From contig CM120640.1 in the NCBI GenBank assembly GCA_051362555.1, positions 29,102,503 to 29,166,502 on the forward strand: a stretch of DNA of 64,000 bases, read 5' to 3'. How positions within the stretch are numbered: the stretch's first letter is position 1; every line of letters begins with the position of its first letter. The DNA comes from Lingula anatina. Lineage: Eukaryota > Animalia > Brachiopoda. Of the stretch, positions 1-14,540 are shown in pieces. A program made the position numbers and the translations under genes. A model generated the notes under the pieces. The model made no database searches and had not been told where the DNA came from. It was given only the letters and a program-made list of their open reading frames with translations.

Positions 1-5
1 CTTAC

Positions 6-3000
6 CAACTTCACAGGCAAATCCTTATCATTGTCTAGGGCATTCCACACCAACTCACACTGATGGAGAAACTGATGAAAGTCACAATCTGTCTGGACTT
101 CATAAATGAGAGGTGCAAAACCTATTGCTGCATCATGCAAAATGGACACCCTTTCAACCTCCATGTCTGTCTCTCCTGCTTGAATCATGGCAAGCTCCAC
201 CAATACATTCAGTTCTTTGGTTCCTAAAAACAGATTTTTTTAATTTTTGAAACCTTGCACATATGTTTTATCCATAATCATATTCCAGACTCGGGCTAGC
301 ACAATTTTGAAATAAATTTTATAGCAATGAATATCTTTGTTAACAAATGAATCCCCAATTGGCATTTGAATGATTTCTTTACATATAACTTATTACAATT
401 TATATCTAAAATTTAAATGTCTCTTAAATTGGGTAATATATAAGTATATCTTAAAGAAATGGTTCTAAATACAGGGAACAAATACCTTTGATGTTTTCTC
501 TTAGCCAGTTAACAAGTGGACTACGTTTAACAAATTCTTTAATACAGTCAGACTTTGTCTTGTCCACACGGATCAAAACCTTTCCTGCATCCACCACTTC
601 TCTATTGATAGAGCTCAACTGCTTTTCTTTTCCTGCACCCTATATTTAAGTAAAATTAAAAAAACTTTAATCATTGAAATGACCAAAGATATAATGATAT
701 CAGTAAAGTTGTATCAGTTTGATGCATCTTTTGGGTCCCCTAGATTGAAACTAATGATTCAGTTTACTTATTCTGTAAACTGATTAACTGTATAACGTAA
801 AATTAAATTCAGATAAATGAGAAGAAATGAGCAATCACAATCAATTAAAAAAACAACAACATATCTTCAACCAAACTGATACTTAACAGAATAATTAAAA
901 TGCTGATATGAAAAAGAATGCAAATTTGGAAGCAATTTGTGAAAAAAAAAAAAACTAAGCACTGAATTATCTTGATGTGAACATATTTTTATTAATGCTT
1001 ACTGCATCAACAAGAATTTCTATGAGGCTGAAGTCACCAGTCAGTCCAAGCTCTTTCTTTGCATCCATCATGACTTGTGCCCCATAACGATACTCATGAA
1101 GTTTGTGATACTGTTTGACCTGGTCTAGTCGACCATCTATCCACCTGGCATCTTCTAAAATATTGCCCATCAGATCAAACTCATCTTTGAGCTCAGGGTA
1201 CTTATCCTTGAAAGAAGCAAAATATTCATCCATTTGACCAAAAGTGACAGTGCCCCGTTTGATAGACTTTGCCAGGTTCTCCCATGAATGGAAAGCTTTC
1301 CCCCAGACTTCAGTTGCAACTTCTTGGAGTGACAGTTCATCTGTTTCTTCATCTGTGCCTTCTAGTTTCTCTTTGTGGGCGATTGATCCAAACTCCTTCC
1401 AGAAGCGTCTAAATATGTGACTGGTGTGGATTTCTTTCAAAGGCATCATCATGTCAAAGACTTCAGAAGGCTGCTCAAAGAAAGTGATAGCTGGCTGCCA
1501 GTTTTGTGTTACATCAGGATGCATAATGTAAGGCTCACAGATCTCAATCAGATCACTGCGGCTTATGTCTTGTCTGAGTCTGCGATCTAACACATCAGTG
1601 TTCACTGAAACATACAGCCAATGATCATCATTAACCATAACATCAAATGATACATTACAAACTGCTCTGACATTTAATCACTTTATACAATGATAAATCA
1701 TCTAGATTTAAAGAAGTATTAAAAGTAACGAAATCTCAATAAAGTTTCAGGCAGCTCAAGTGTAACATCTAGGGCAAATTCAGAGAGGGTAAACAAAATC
1801 TGGTTGACCTCCCCTTTCACCTGGTATTTGAAAATACAGATTTATGTATTTTTAGATAAAAAAATCATTCTTTTCATTTGAGTTTATTTTTAGGTTTGAT
1901 AGTATATATTTTTGTAAACACCAAATGCAGCCAATTTGATTAATTCAATGATTCAGTGACAATCATTCAATTCAGGTTCCTTTATTTGTGCTACATATAC
2001 TCTCTTGAAATAGTAGAGCCTTCACAAAGGCAGACCTTCAAAATAGTGAACTTTGGAAATAGTCAATTTTTGGAACAGTGGTCCTTCCTTCAGAAAATAG
2101 CTACACGGTACACCCCCACCCCTCCAACCTCTCTAGGTAACTGGTTTATCACAACCAACAATGGTACAAACATTTCATGAACTAAGCAGCAAGAAGTTGG
2201 CGCAAACACATTTGCAAAGCTAGGAAATGGTGGATATGTAGGGAAAAAAATGAAAGTAATGTTTCAAAACTGCGCCCATTTTCTGAAATTCTGGACCCAT
2301 TCATATATTGTGAAATATAATAAAAATACAAAACCTGGATGTATCATTTTGCAGAGTCCTGAAAAAATTCCCAAGAACTGTTTGACGGACTCAAATGCCT
2401 CCATTTCCTTTAGACGATGCTGAAGAATGATGTCTAACTGATCTACTTTGGATTGCTTTATTTCACTCTGGCCTGATTCTGATGATATCTGGTGATGGCC
2501 TTCTTGGAGGGCTTTTTTTTCATTATCTTCTACAATTCTGCACAGTCCCAGGAAGGAATCTCTGTTTTTCAACACTAATTCCAGCATGCGGATCTGAACA
2601 GTTCCATTTTCCACATCTTTCACAGTTTTGTGTAAAAGCGATGACACCTCTGCCAGTCTGGTTTGACAATCTTCACTAAGAATTACCGTCCCTTGCCGAG
2701 TACCTAGATAAAGAATAAAAATTCAGATTAAAAAAAGACACATCATAAATGGTTCTCATTATTTAAACAAGAGGTGTTTGTCAAACAGGGAGGTGAGATC
2801 GTCAATACAGATCAAAATTACCAGGCGTCAAACTGTTATATATGTATTGCCCATAAGTGTACTTATTATAATGTCTACCGACTTCAGATTTATTTAAAAT
2901 AAATATATTATTATGTTGGCCAAATCACTCTACATTTTTTGGTCATACAAGATTTTTGTGTTAAATATCACTGTGACCTTGACTTCTGGCCAACCTTGAC

Positions 3001-3503
3001 AACTATTAATCAACAGGGGCAAATCTCCATTTAATGATGAAAATTTATATCAAATATGAGGACCATAGACCAAATCATTCTGCATTCATTGGTCAGACTA
3101 GGTTTGGTTATGGACCAATGAACAGACTGGCAAGTGCAAATTTAAAGCAATATAACTCTGCTTTTTCAAAGTGGGGGCATAATCAAAAAGTAGGTCAAAG
3201 ACCAATTTTAATGTCACAGATTGCCAATATATGACTTTCTATTCAAGTTCGATATTAACTATAGGTGCATCTCTGCTAATTTTGGAGTTATTTCACATTT
3301 TACTTTCATCACTGAATATTGTGACATTGTAATCTTACAATTCCAGAATTAGAGAATTTTCGTTCAGTTTCCGCATCTAATGGCTGCTTCTCCCTTAAAA
3401 ATGCACCCACTGATGCCAAACTCATGATGATGAAAGATGACTCTAAGTGTAACACCTGCCCATATTATGATAGGTTAGGCATGTGTAGTTTCTGAAACTT
3501 GGC

Positions 3504-3584
<81 letters not shown>

Positions 3585-6500
3585 TTTTTGCAAAAAATTC
3601 CCATTTTTAGAAAACTTTGGCCTATTTGACCTTGAAATAAGGGTCAAAAGTCAAATCCAAAGTGCATATTTGAAATCTCCACATGACTTTCGGTCAGCAT
3701 TCTGTAAAAATTTTTCCCATAATTCCTTCAGTTATTTAGTGCCACACCTTGCCCTGTGCACCGATATAGCCCAAAATTTACATGGATTGAGCTAAAATTA
3801 TATGTAACCTAAATCCAAGAGATGGGTAAGCAGGCTCTTGTAGGAGGAGAAGCGGTAACCATGACATGAAGGCGGAGCTGGCAGATGATACAGGTCAGGA
3901 CTAAAACCATGTGTACTGCCAGCGCCTACACTGGTGGTACAAATAAACAGAAAAATATCTATACTGTGTTTATGATAATGATCCTATTATATTGATTTTC
4001 AAACTATCTGGTGAATTTGAAGTTAAACAAAAAATGCACTCTAGAACTTATGTTGTTAACAAATCTGTCTGATGCTTACAGACATGGTGAGGGGGGAGGG
4101 TATAAACTGTAGAAGTTTATTTTGGCACTCCCCCCCCCCCCCCCCCACCTTGTTTGTTAAGTTATTGGAATGCTCAGGTTCATATAGCAAAAGACAAACA
4201 TTAATCTTGAGAGGTGATTGTGTAATTCAAATGCTCGAGTCCTCAATTCAACCTAAAAATACCTAAAAATGTAGTGTAATACTAAATGTGAAAATAGTTT
4301 CATTGGATCTCAGTTTTCATTTATGATAGATCCAGATACTTGATTTACCCGTTGACTGTTTTGTCTGTTTACTTTGTAAATCTATATTCAACCTACGTGA
4401 TGTCCCACATTTCAGATAATGAGGGAATGATGCCAATGTAAAAGCATGGTGAAGAATATCAAGATCATCAGCTCCTGTTGTAGGCCAACTTTTGCTGAAT
4501 GCACGAGAAAGCATCGACCCAATGGTGATAGCATCTGCATATCTGTAACTGCTAGTAAACAGGAAGTGGATATCAGGTGCCTGAAAATAAACAATCAGTT
4601 GCTGCAAATATCTAAACACTGTTATAAACATTGTCAATCTTGAGTGTAATATTTTGAATGTGGTAAAAAAATACACAGAAAAAATAATGAATCACTCAGA
4701 AACTTTAATTCAAATTTCAGTGTTACTAAGAAATCGGGTAAAGCCATTGCCAAACCATTATATCATCAAACTTATCTCCACTCCTTGCTGCCCAGAGAAT
4801 CACACCTATCAAATCTCCTATGTTCATTAAAGAAACACCAGATGAAACTTTTTTGAAAACATCATTTCAAATTTAATAAAGTATTACCTCCACCAATACT
4901 ATATAGACACCGAATCACATCTCTGTAGCATACTTACCCCATGAGTACCAGCTCTATCATTTTCAAATATCTGTATCCACATATCAACAAAAATTTATAC
5001 ATTTTATCAAATGCATGTTTCACAAAAAAAGGAAGCATTACACTTACTTTATCAATGGCTTCAAAGGCTGCCTGACTTAAACATTCTGCAACAGTATGGT
5101 GGTATTCTTTGGGATTTGTACTGCAAAACAACTCTATCTTCGTTTTTCCTATAATCTGAAAATTTTAAATTCAAAATATCATAACTCTCATATCTCAAAT
5201 TTGCATTCGGTCAATGGTCTAGACACAAATTTATAATAAAAAATTTAAATATATAAATAACTGTCACTTGCAACTTACAGAATCAATTCTTCCTTTAAGT
5301 GCTTGCTTCAGCCTATTCTGCCATTCTTTTGATGTATCCTCTTTGGGCCATTCCAGTGATAATAATCTTGTCCAGATCTAAAAGAAAATCTGATCTAAAT
5401 CATTTTCTCAAAAAGATGACATTCATAATAATTCCTTGTATAGTTCATGAAAATAAATTAGGGGTAATATAAAGCAGAATAAAAGACCCAGTTTTTTATA
5501 GTTGCAGACAATAAAAGCTGTAAGAAATAAATTAAAGATACGTAATGCTATTAAACAGACATATGCACTATGCCTTCATTATATAAAATATAATTATATG
5601 CTTATTGCATATGCTAGGTAGGGAAACCTGCACTGTAGATGTAGCCATGTAACAGCCTGTAAATGCATTTCAGTATCTGAACAGGTAATCTTTAAACATA
5701 ACATTTTGGCAACTATTTACACTAAATTCATCAGCATAGGTCAATATCTGGTAACTGGCCATAGTTGTAGGTAATCGACGTTGCAACCAGTTCATCACAT
5801 GTTCCAATGTTGAATAAAACATGGCAGCTAGGGCAGCACTTTCTTCTTGAAACTCTGTTTCTTTCCCTGCACCACCAAAGGACTTCACAAGAGCAGGATG
5901 CTGTACTCTAGTAGCAGTTGCAAACACATCAACAGCTGAACAAACAAATCCCCATAAGTCTCTATCCATTCTATCTGTACATTGTTCAAGCAGGTCATGT
6001 GCTACCACTGACATTTCCCTGGTATTTCCATACTGCCATTCAATGTTGTCACTGAAAAAAGTCAATTACAAAACTGGCAACAAAAATTATTTAAAATACA
6101 TTTCTACTTTAGCATTTCATCTCATTAATTATTTTTCTTTTAACTTGTGGTTTCACAAAATATGTAAACAATCAATAAAGTACTATTCCTTGAACTTATA
6201 AGGTTTGAAGAAATAAGTTAATTTAAAAATATGAAATGTAATACCTTTCTAGATTGGGTGCAGTAAGCCTACTTTCTGTAACCTCCTTAATTGCATCCAA
6301 TGCAGAGATGAGTTCCTGTAATATACCATAATATAATATAAAATACAAGTAAACAACAAGTAACCACTCTTTGTTATTTGCAAGTGTCTTTAACCCAGTT
6401 TATAGTGTACAATGTAGCAATTACATGTACCTCTGTCTTAAAAGTAAATGGGACTGGGATTATTCTAAACTTACTCTGAAATCAGTCTTGTACACGTACA

Positions 6501-9500
6501 AGTGTTTCAGTTCATATATGTAATAATAAAGTGCTGCTGTGGATACTTCTGGTGGAATGGTTTTTGAACATATCACTTCTTTCAAATCCCTAAAGCTGAT
6601 AGTGCTCATAAACGTCCTTGGCAACAGCTTGTCCATCTCAAATAGTGGTGCCAATCTGTCTATCAGTTGCTGAACAGGCCTAGAAATAGCAAACATTATT
6701 CTAAAAATAAACCCACTATTAATGTTTTTTTTTTCAAACAAGAGCATGTGGCAAGAATAGAATCTTTTTCCGCTAAGCATGGATATATCAAGTATAGAAA
6801 TAATTCTATATATTAATCTTTTATTTCCTTAAATGTTTTATGCAAAATCTTCATGTGAAAAAAATTGCTGCATCTTATAAACTAACAAACATATGCTTCA
6901 TGTCACTAACACAATTTTAGGTTAAACTATACACACATGTCATACTCCATTTTTTTCTTGAAGCGGTCAACAGCACTTTTAATATCTTCAATTCCCCACC
7001 ACTTTCCACTCTGGTGGTTGTGTTTCTCAGTTATGTTAACACTGGAAAATGGCTTGGAATGTCCACACAGAAAGTGATACAATGGCACAGCCAAGAGCCA
7101 ATTGGGGTCATTTTTCCGTCCTCCAGCACACTGTTGGAAAATTCCATGTAAAGCCTTTCTAACTTTCCTGAAATTTAAGTTGATGATTGGTTGTAGGAAT
7201 TGTACTGATCTACAGTACTAAAGGAAAAATTTGTCCAAAATTATCACAATAAAATCATGAACAGAATAATGAAATGAAACAAACATACTGCTGGATTTTA
7301 CTTACATACATCTAAAATTGATCATAAAATGTTTTGAGGCCTTTTTCATGCTTACTATACATCAGTGATGGAATTACAATTCATTTACACCAAAAGTGAT
7401 ATAACAAACAATAGCCAAAACATTTATACTTTTTGTTGGGCAAAGTAGGTGTAAGTTCAGGAGTGTGTTAGCTGCATATATCTAGTTAAAAAGTTCAAAA
7501 TAACTGAACATTATTGGGGCTTGCACTGTCACCAAGATGGCACTTGAAAATTACAAAAAAGGCAGTTTCAGGAAATCATTTGGGTTTTTTTTCGTCCACA
7601 TTATATGATTTGCTCATTTCATTAATTCTAAATACTGTAGAAAAAAACCCAGTTTATTTTACACATTTACATATGCAAGAAACTACCATCACATACATCT
7701 GATGTGCTTCTTGTGGAAAATGAACCTCCACCAATTTCTGGAAGGATTCACATTTGTCATTTTTTCCTGGTAGCAGTAGTAATCCCTCAAAGAGGCAACT
7801 GGTCATACTTCCAGCCTTGTCTCCTACTTCATCTAATGGCATGCTAAAGTAGTCCATAATACACAATATAGCTGCTACTGAGGCCACTCTCAGCTCTCCT
7901 TCCTCAACAGTTTCTTTGATGGTATTTTCATACTTGCACTTGTCCAGACGAGGTTGAACATACTCCCAAAATGCCTGTAGTAAGAATATGTTGTGGTCAG
8001 CTGACACACGTGAACTGTTATTTGAAGGGAACCTTTCAAAAGAAAGGTTTCACTAAAAAGTGATTATTCAGAACTTACTTATAAAACAATATCATACACA
8101 ATATAAATTCATTTTAGTTTCACATTGCTACTGGTACCCACGTGGTCCCTGGGGGATATGTTATCATGAAACTGAAGGTCGTTTTGTCTTTCAAGGCAGT
8201 TAAAACATTTAGTTCTCATTCATGAAAAAAAGAGTATATGAATATATACAAGAATTAAAATGGATTTTTATGAAAATGAAAATTAGATGACGGGATAAAA
8301 AAAAGTAAACCTCTCACCTGTCGCAAAAGGGAGTAGTCAACAGAGTGTCCGTCTGGTTTGATAAACCGGTACCTCAAGGAATGTATGACTTGACAGGCAT
8401 TGTCCACTACTTCGTGTGCAAAACCTTTGCTTCCACTTCCATCCACAACAAATCCCTCCCACGAAGGCATCATGTGAGAAAATGCAGTTTTTGAGGTCAT
8501 AAGGAATCGCCCATATGGAGTATCTGACAAATTTTTTCTGCCAAATAAATATTTCAAGCCAGATCGTATTGATTTTAAAAAGGTCGTCTTCTCCGAGGTA
8601 AAGGTGTCTTTGCCAAAAAACACCATGCCATCATACTGGTCCCAAGAGCCTAAAAATAAAAACAAGATAGGGGTTTTCAATGAAGTAAACTACAATAATA
8701 AAATCTTATTGAACAAATACTTACTTGGTATATGGGTTTAACAAAACCAGATATTTAATATCTAAGAGAGGAAAATCACCAACAGTTATATATACAGAAT
8801 TAAACTATAGGATCAAACAGGCATGTCCATCTTGCAGAAATAAATGGCTATAAGCATATCAATCAAATAGTTCCGTATAGACACAAACATTTAAGATCAA
8901 CATCAAACTGGTCATTTGTAAAGCTGGCTGAATGAACACTGGGTAAAGTTAACTGCAAACAATTACTGCATTTGCTTATACTTGTACAAGTGCACTAAAT
9001 ACAGTCTGACAATTAAAATGGTAAACAAATATGTATGACTACCATGGTGATGTAGCGCATTTTTTGGAAAGTGTAAAAACCACCTGCCAAACCAGGGATC
9101 GAACCCGGGACCTCTCCTTTAGACTTCAGCTAATTTTTCTTAGTATGATAGAGCTGAAAGATGGCCTCTCTAATTCCAACCAGATGTCATTACTTACCTT
9201 TAGCTATTAATGATCTATCCGGCACAGCCAGTACTCGGTCTTTGGCATCTCCAAATCCATAACCAAAATTATCTTCCCACTGAAACTTTTCACTTTCTCT
9301 CCTATGTATCACATATTTGTAAACAACAAACTTATTACCACGTAGGTTTACTATTTTAATTGGCACCTCAACATGGTACATTGTCATGTCATCTGGCAAA
9401 TCCCTGAAATGAAGTTAGTAATAAGATATTTATTTTGAAGCTGCATGAAGCACCCACAGATGCAAGTCACCATGTACTTTATTTTCAAGATATTCAGTCT

Positions 9501-12500
9501 TCATGTACTTTATGTTATGCTTTTCATGCACCTTTACACAACTGGTAAAGCATCAAATAATCTAGTTATATTAAAACACATTCAGGAAATATTCTAGATC
9601 ACACAGCGGTCATTGAAAATATGAGCTGTCCTTTGAAGAAACTGGCTATCCAAACAGCTGAGGATAGCCCTGTGGTGACACACACCCACCTTTCTCTCTG
9701 TAGCACCCAATCATCTGTTTTTGACTGGAAACCTCGAAGTTCCTGAAGACCAAACTTCATAACAAATGTGTCCTTCTGATGATCAAAAGAGACGTCTGGG
9801 GGCATGATCACATGGAAATGAACATTGATCACTTCCTCATTGCTGTTCACTGATCTTTGTGCGCTGACATTTGTGGACCTTTAAATATAACAACCCTTCC
9901 AAGTTGTGGCTTATACAAAAAAGGTTTTTGTCCATGAACATAATATATATGTTCATTAATAAAACAATAAAGACAAAAAGAAAAATAATACACTGTACAT
10001 ATTTAAATAAAATATTTGCAAAAGTAATATAAATAAGTAGCTACTAATCTTTAAGATGCATGATAAGAAATAATACATGGCAAAATAATATGTAAAAGAA
10101 AATCAAACGAAAATAAGAAAACATTACAAACATCTAACCTGGATAACTATTTCATTTTTAATATTAAAAAGAAAATTTGTTTTGTGTCTGCAAAATGAAT
10201 ATAACTTCATTCAGTGTGAATATATCAGCAAAACCCTTTAAAAAATTACTTGTTTTGTCCCTTTTTAGTGGTGGCTTTCTTTCCTGGGACATACTCCTCT
10301 GGTTCCTGTTTCTTCTTGTTTATCACTTTTATCTCACCACTCCCGGTCCGATTATCAATTTTTGCTGTTGTGCTCATCTTAAATTTAAATTTATTTTCTT
10401 AATTTAGAAATGCATGGCAAATGTTTACGAAGTCTCAACATATGTGCCAAATTAAATGTTTAAGAAATTAAAGAAAAATTTTACCCCCCTCCTCCCAGTT
10501 GTTATTCTCTAACAATCCACAAAACCAGTGAAATAAACAGACATCTGTTCAGTCAGTCAGTTGGTCAGTCAGACAGACAAACAGAATGATTGCTCTTTAT
10601 TAATTGAATGTTTGAAATGATACTCTTACCCTCAAACTCCCAGTTGCAATACACATACAGATATGTATGTTTATCTGAGACTGTACTATTATTAGATATT
10701 GAGCATTTTTTCACCCTGCCCTTTATTTCAAAACCCTATAGCAATTCGGAACCTGAGAGTAACATACTTGATTCCATTCAAATTACAGTGGTTCCTGCTC
10801 ATAATAAATGCAAGCAATATGCACTCAAAGTCAATTTGTTTCAGAAATTTATATTTTTGGTACCAATTAACTGATAATAATAATAATAATAAATAATTAT
10901 AACAATTTATTCAGCTAAGATATAAAATATGCATGAAATATTGATTACCTCCCGGGTATCACTTCCAATATGTTTCTTTTGGCTTTGAGGTCCATCCACT
11001 GGAGACCCAACATCTTCATTCTTCTCTGGTAAAGAGCTTGTTGGAGGCTGGTCAGTAGTGTTGTTTGCTTTCTTATCTTTTCCAGCTGAAATATCACCTT
11101 TGTTTCCCTCACCAAACACCTTGCCTTCTTTGTCAGCAGTACTACTTGTTGCACTGTGTGATATGCTGAAAATCCCAGCATTAGTGGCAGCATTTGAGGA
11201 GGTGTTCATGTTAGAAGTTACTCTTTTTTCATCACCAGGGGTATCTTCATGTGCATCTTCACCACAACTTTGCTTCGTGTCTGATTTCTTTGCTGGGTCA
11301 CTCACAGTGCTTGAAGTCTGAATTGGACAATGTCCAGTACTTGGAATCTGTTCTGTAGCACCATCAGTGCCTTTGGCCTGTGATAAACCACTTGATGTAC
11401 CTGGCTCCTGTGATGAACCACTTGGTGTGCCTGTGGCCTGTGATGAACCACTTGTTGTGCCTGGCTCCTGTGATGAACCACTTGATGTGCCTGGCTCCTG
11501 TGATGAACCACTTGGTGTGCCTGGCTCCTGTGACGAACCACTTGGTGTGCCTGGCTCCTGTGATGAACCACTTGATGTGCCTGGCTCCTGTGACGAACCA
11601 CTTGGTGTGCCTGGCTCCTGTGCTGAACCACTTGGTGTGTCTGGCTCCTGTGATGAACCACTTGATGTGCCTGGCTCCTGTGCTGAACCACTTGGTGTGT
11701 CTGGCTCCTGTGCTGAACCACTTGACTTGCCTGTGGTCTGTAATGAATCACTTGATTTGCCTGGCACATGTGATGAACCACTTGGTGTGCCTGGGGCCTG
11801 TCTTGAATCACTTGGTGTGCCTGGGGCCTGTCTTGAATCACTTGGTGTGCCTGGGGACTGTCTTGAATCACTTGATGTGACTGGGGCCTGTGATGAGCCA
11901 CTTGATATGCCTGAGACCTGTGATGAATCATTTGCTGAGCAGCCAGGACGTAAATGGTGGTGTTGTTCCTCAGCCATATTTTCATCTTTGGTTTGCATGG
12001 AGGGTGGATACTTCACTTGGCTCATATCAACACACAACTCTTCGTCAACTTTAATCTTCTTTGGAAGGCTTGGGGTTTCACTGTCTGATGTTCTTTTTGG
12101 CATATTTGCTCCTTCAACTGTCAGCTGATTTATTTCAGCGCCTTGAACTAAAAAAAGCATTAAAGAATTCAATCATATGATTATTCTGAAAAACGATTTC
12201 TCAGAAAAGGTTATCTTTTACATTTGCATATGCACATAGAAATTCTCCAAATCAATATATTTATACATTGATAGTGCAGAGGCAGATTAATGATATCATC
12301 CATTGGATGTACTTTTATTTTACCACTTAAACCACACTTGTGCGATTGATTTTTAACTGTTAAAAGCCTAAGAAATGTATGTCTCTGAATGTGTTCATAT
12401 AATTATAATATTATCAGACAAAAATCTTCAATAAAAGAAGTTTGTGAAATCAAATTAAGTTACTACATGTAACTAAAGGTCATTATTTTCTAAAAAAAAA

Positions 12501-12765
12501 TTAATTGATTACAAACTTAAATACCTTGTTCAACTCTGAAATTTCCAGGATTCTTTTTGTCTCCACAGATTGGACAGAAGTTGTGTGTTGGCAATAAAGT
12601 GGCACCACACTCTCTTCCATCAATGATGTTAGTGCACACAGTTCTGCTTTCACATTCAACAATGGTTGACAACTTCACAGATGTTCCACAATTTGGACAA
12701 AATTTGTTGCCTGGGTCTAGTTCTGCCCCACAAGGGTCCCCTCCAGGAGGACCAACACACTTCAT
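6..12765 (-). CDS. RNF213: RNF213 (mysterin)-like giant AAA+ ATPase/E3 ligase, N-terminal part; multi-exon, continues beyond the window start
   Basis: GT-AG exons at about 12525-12765, 10949-12147, 10250-10377, 9689-9878, 9198-9404, 8318-8649, 7699-8031, ~6940-7167, 6474-6678, 6246-6316, 5720-6051, 5278-5377, 5049-5155, 4397-4546, 2335-2704, ~1000-1600, ~525-640 and 6-223. RNF213-typical peptides: INVHFHVIMP..F (CBM20-like region), WIDGRLDQVKQYHKLH...KKELGLTGDFSLIEIL, and ELNVLVELAMIQAGETDMEVERVSILHDAAIGFAPLIY...VWNALDNDKDLPVKL. Confidence 0.9.
2767..3183 (+). mobile_element. Intronic non-autonomous element (Helitron/Helentron-associated-like)
   Basis: Begins AACAAGAG, has internal GTGACCTTGAC motifs and ends GTGGGGGCATAA, a layout I associate with common mollusc interspersed repeats. 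Family assignment is tentative. Confidence 0.4.
3508..3589. repeat. (TA)n microsatellite followed by poly-T
   Basis: Directly visible. Confidence 0.95.
9083..9117 (-). mobile_element. tRNA-derived SINE fragment (B-box/T-arm)
   Basis: Minus strand GGAGAGGTCCCGGGTTCGATCCCTGGTTTGGCAGG contains the GGTTCGATCCC B-box; no complete cloverleaf. Confidence 0.5.
11370..11930 (-). repeat. 30-bp coding minisatellite (~18 copies) encoding a 10-aa Ser/Gly/Pro/Thr repeat (GSSQEPGTPS)
   Basis: CCTGGCTCCTGTGATGAACCACTTGGTGTG repeats at a 30-nt period inside the large exon 10949-12147. Confidence 0.95.
12525..12765 (-). CDS. First coding exon of the RNF213-like gene: two zinc-ribbon repeats
   Basis: MKC..DPCGAELDPGNKFCPNCG and C..RECGATLLPTHNFCPICG; GT donor directly after the exon (12524-12523). 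Confidence 0.8.
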
Positions 12766-14386
12766 TCTTCTTACCTATGGGTAAGTTATTCTTTCTTAGG
12801 GCAGCTAGTAGTTTCACTGTCTGATGTTCTCTTCAGCACACCCACTGCTTCAGATGTAGAGTAATTATCTTCCCTGTCCTGAACTACAAAAAGGATTCGA
12901 AGAATTTAATCAGGTGATTGTTTGGGTAGTGATTCATTTGTGAACTGATAAGATTTTTCAAAATAACTATATTTGTACTTTGATAGTGAAGAGGTAGATT
13001 AATGATTACCTTGCTATTTATTATTCAAATGTATATTTGAAGCATTTCTTTGAACTGCTAAATGCCCACGCACACGAAAACTGGTGAAATATTTTAAAAC
13101 AAGTTCTACAAAATTGCTATATACACTGTACCTCACATGGACCATAATATAAATTATGTTATGGTCTATATGTTAGGTTGATAAACCAGTCAAGGTGGCA
13201 GCCAAGCATATACTGGTATAGCACTTACATCAATCGTCTGGAAGGTGTATTCTACTGATAACTGTTACATTTATTTTAAAATTATGATGGAAAGGGTCAC
13301 CAAAATGATCACTAAAATCTGATACACACATTAGAGAGATATGGCTGTATGTTGTTTGCTATGATTTATATGAATTTATTTTCCTTTTTGCATGATGGTG
13401 AACAGGGGGTATCTGGCATCCAAACATTTTATTCTTAACCCACCCCTGCATAATTTCCTATTCAATTATGGTTACCTTTAAATTCATTAATATCATTTAA
13501 ATATGTTCTAAAATAAAAATTTTCCTTAACAAAATAAAAACTTGCTGCTTTTCATTTTTCTGAACCAAAGGAAATGCATGTAACAATATCTATTTTTGCA
13601 TGCACAGACATGCATGGCTGGTGATCAAGTGATATTGCTTAACATCTTATGAAAACATATTTTGGTGAGTCTGGTAGAGTGAACATTGTGTATTTTGCTG
13701 TATGCTACACTCGTATCAAGCCCTGGCCCTGGTATAAAAAAAAGGGCAACTCCATGGGATTTTCCCAGGAAAATTAGCAATTTTCTTGTACTCGTGAATC
13801 ATTTATCTATAATCCCTCTCTGCACTTGGATTCAACTCTTAATTAAATTTATAAAGCTGGATTTGGTTTAAAATGACTAGCCAGTCACCCAATGTATTAA
13901 CCAGCGGCCGTCTTCCTAAATACATATGCTCCCATGTAAATATCAACATCAAGTATGCTTCAGAAAAATATTATTTAAGGGGTTAAATCATTTTAAGGTG
14001 TATGTAAGGTTTTATAAGAAACTGCAGATGACAAAAAGTAGCGTTTGGGGAATTTTCAAACCCAAGGAGTGTACCTGTAAGTTAGGTTCCTTAGCTAAGA
14101 ACTTAATTACCAAAGTTACATGTAACCCTATCAGCAACAGTGTTACAACACTCTCATGGAAAGCCTTAACTAAGCCAGGGAACTGACTTAAGCTTTTTTG
14201 TAAAGCTCGTTACTGGTGCCTGCAAATCTAACTTAACGGGTCCGTGACTGCTCCGCCATTTTAAAGCACGCGACACAGTTTCAACCCTCTTGTAGTTGAA
14301 GTCAACAAAAACAGGCACAAACGACCACTTAAACAATTGAATTTTAAACGTTGAATAATTTCTATTCTGTAACAATACCATATAAA

Positions 14387-14540
14387 ACTTACAGAACGTT
14401 ATAGGTCATCTTTCGATCGGTATTTCACAGGAACAACCTGAGAGCTAAAGTGAAAATGCAGACGTCGTCACTTCTCTATTGTGCTCTGAGCCGAACGCCC
14501 GAAGTTACCAAATATATATGGTGAAAGCGAAACCAACTGA
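14387..14540 (-). promoter_or_regulatory. Proximal RNF213-like promoter and non-coding exon 1
   Basis: GTAAGT donor on the minus strand at 14392-14387, TATA-like ATATATAT at ~14512-14519, ISRE-type GAAAGCGAAACC at 14523-14534. Confidence 0.55.

Noticed and set aside
3465-3795. IYIY and poly-K/F ORFs (also 15644-16032)
   Set aside because: Translations of microsatellites and homopolymers.
9083-9117. tRNA gene
   Set aside because: Only a T-arm/B-box is present; no acceptor, D or anticodon stems.
11302-12128. Long alternative-frame and antisense ORFs (227, 253 and 166 aa) over the minisatellite
   Set aside because: They stay open only because the 30-bp unit lacks stops; the frame that splices into the RNF213-like gene explains the region.
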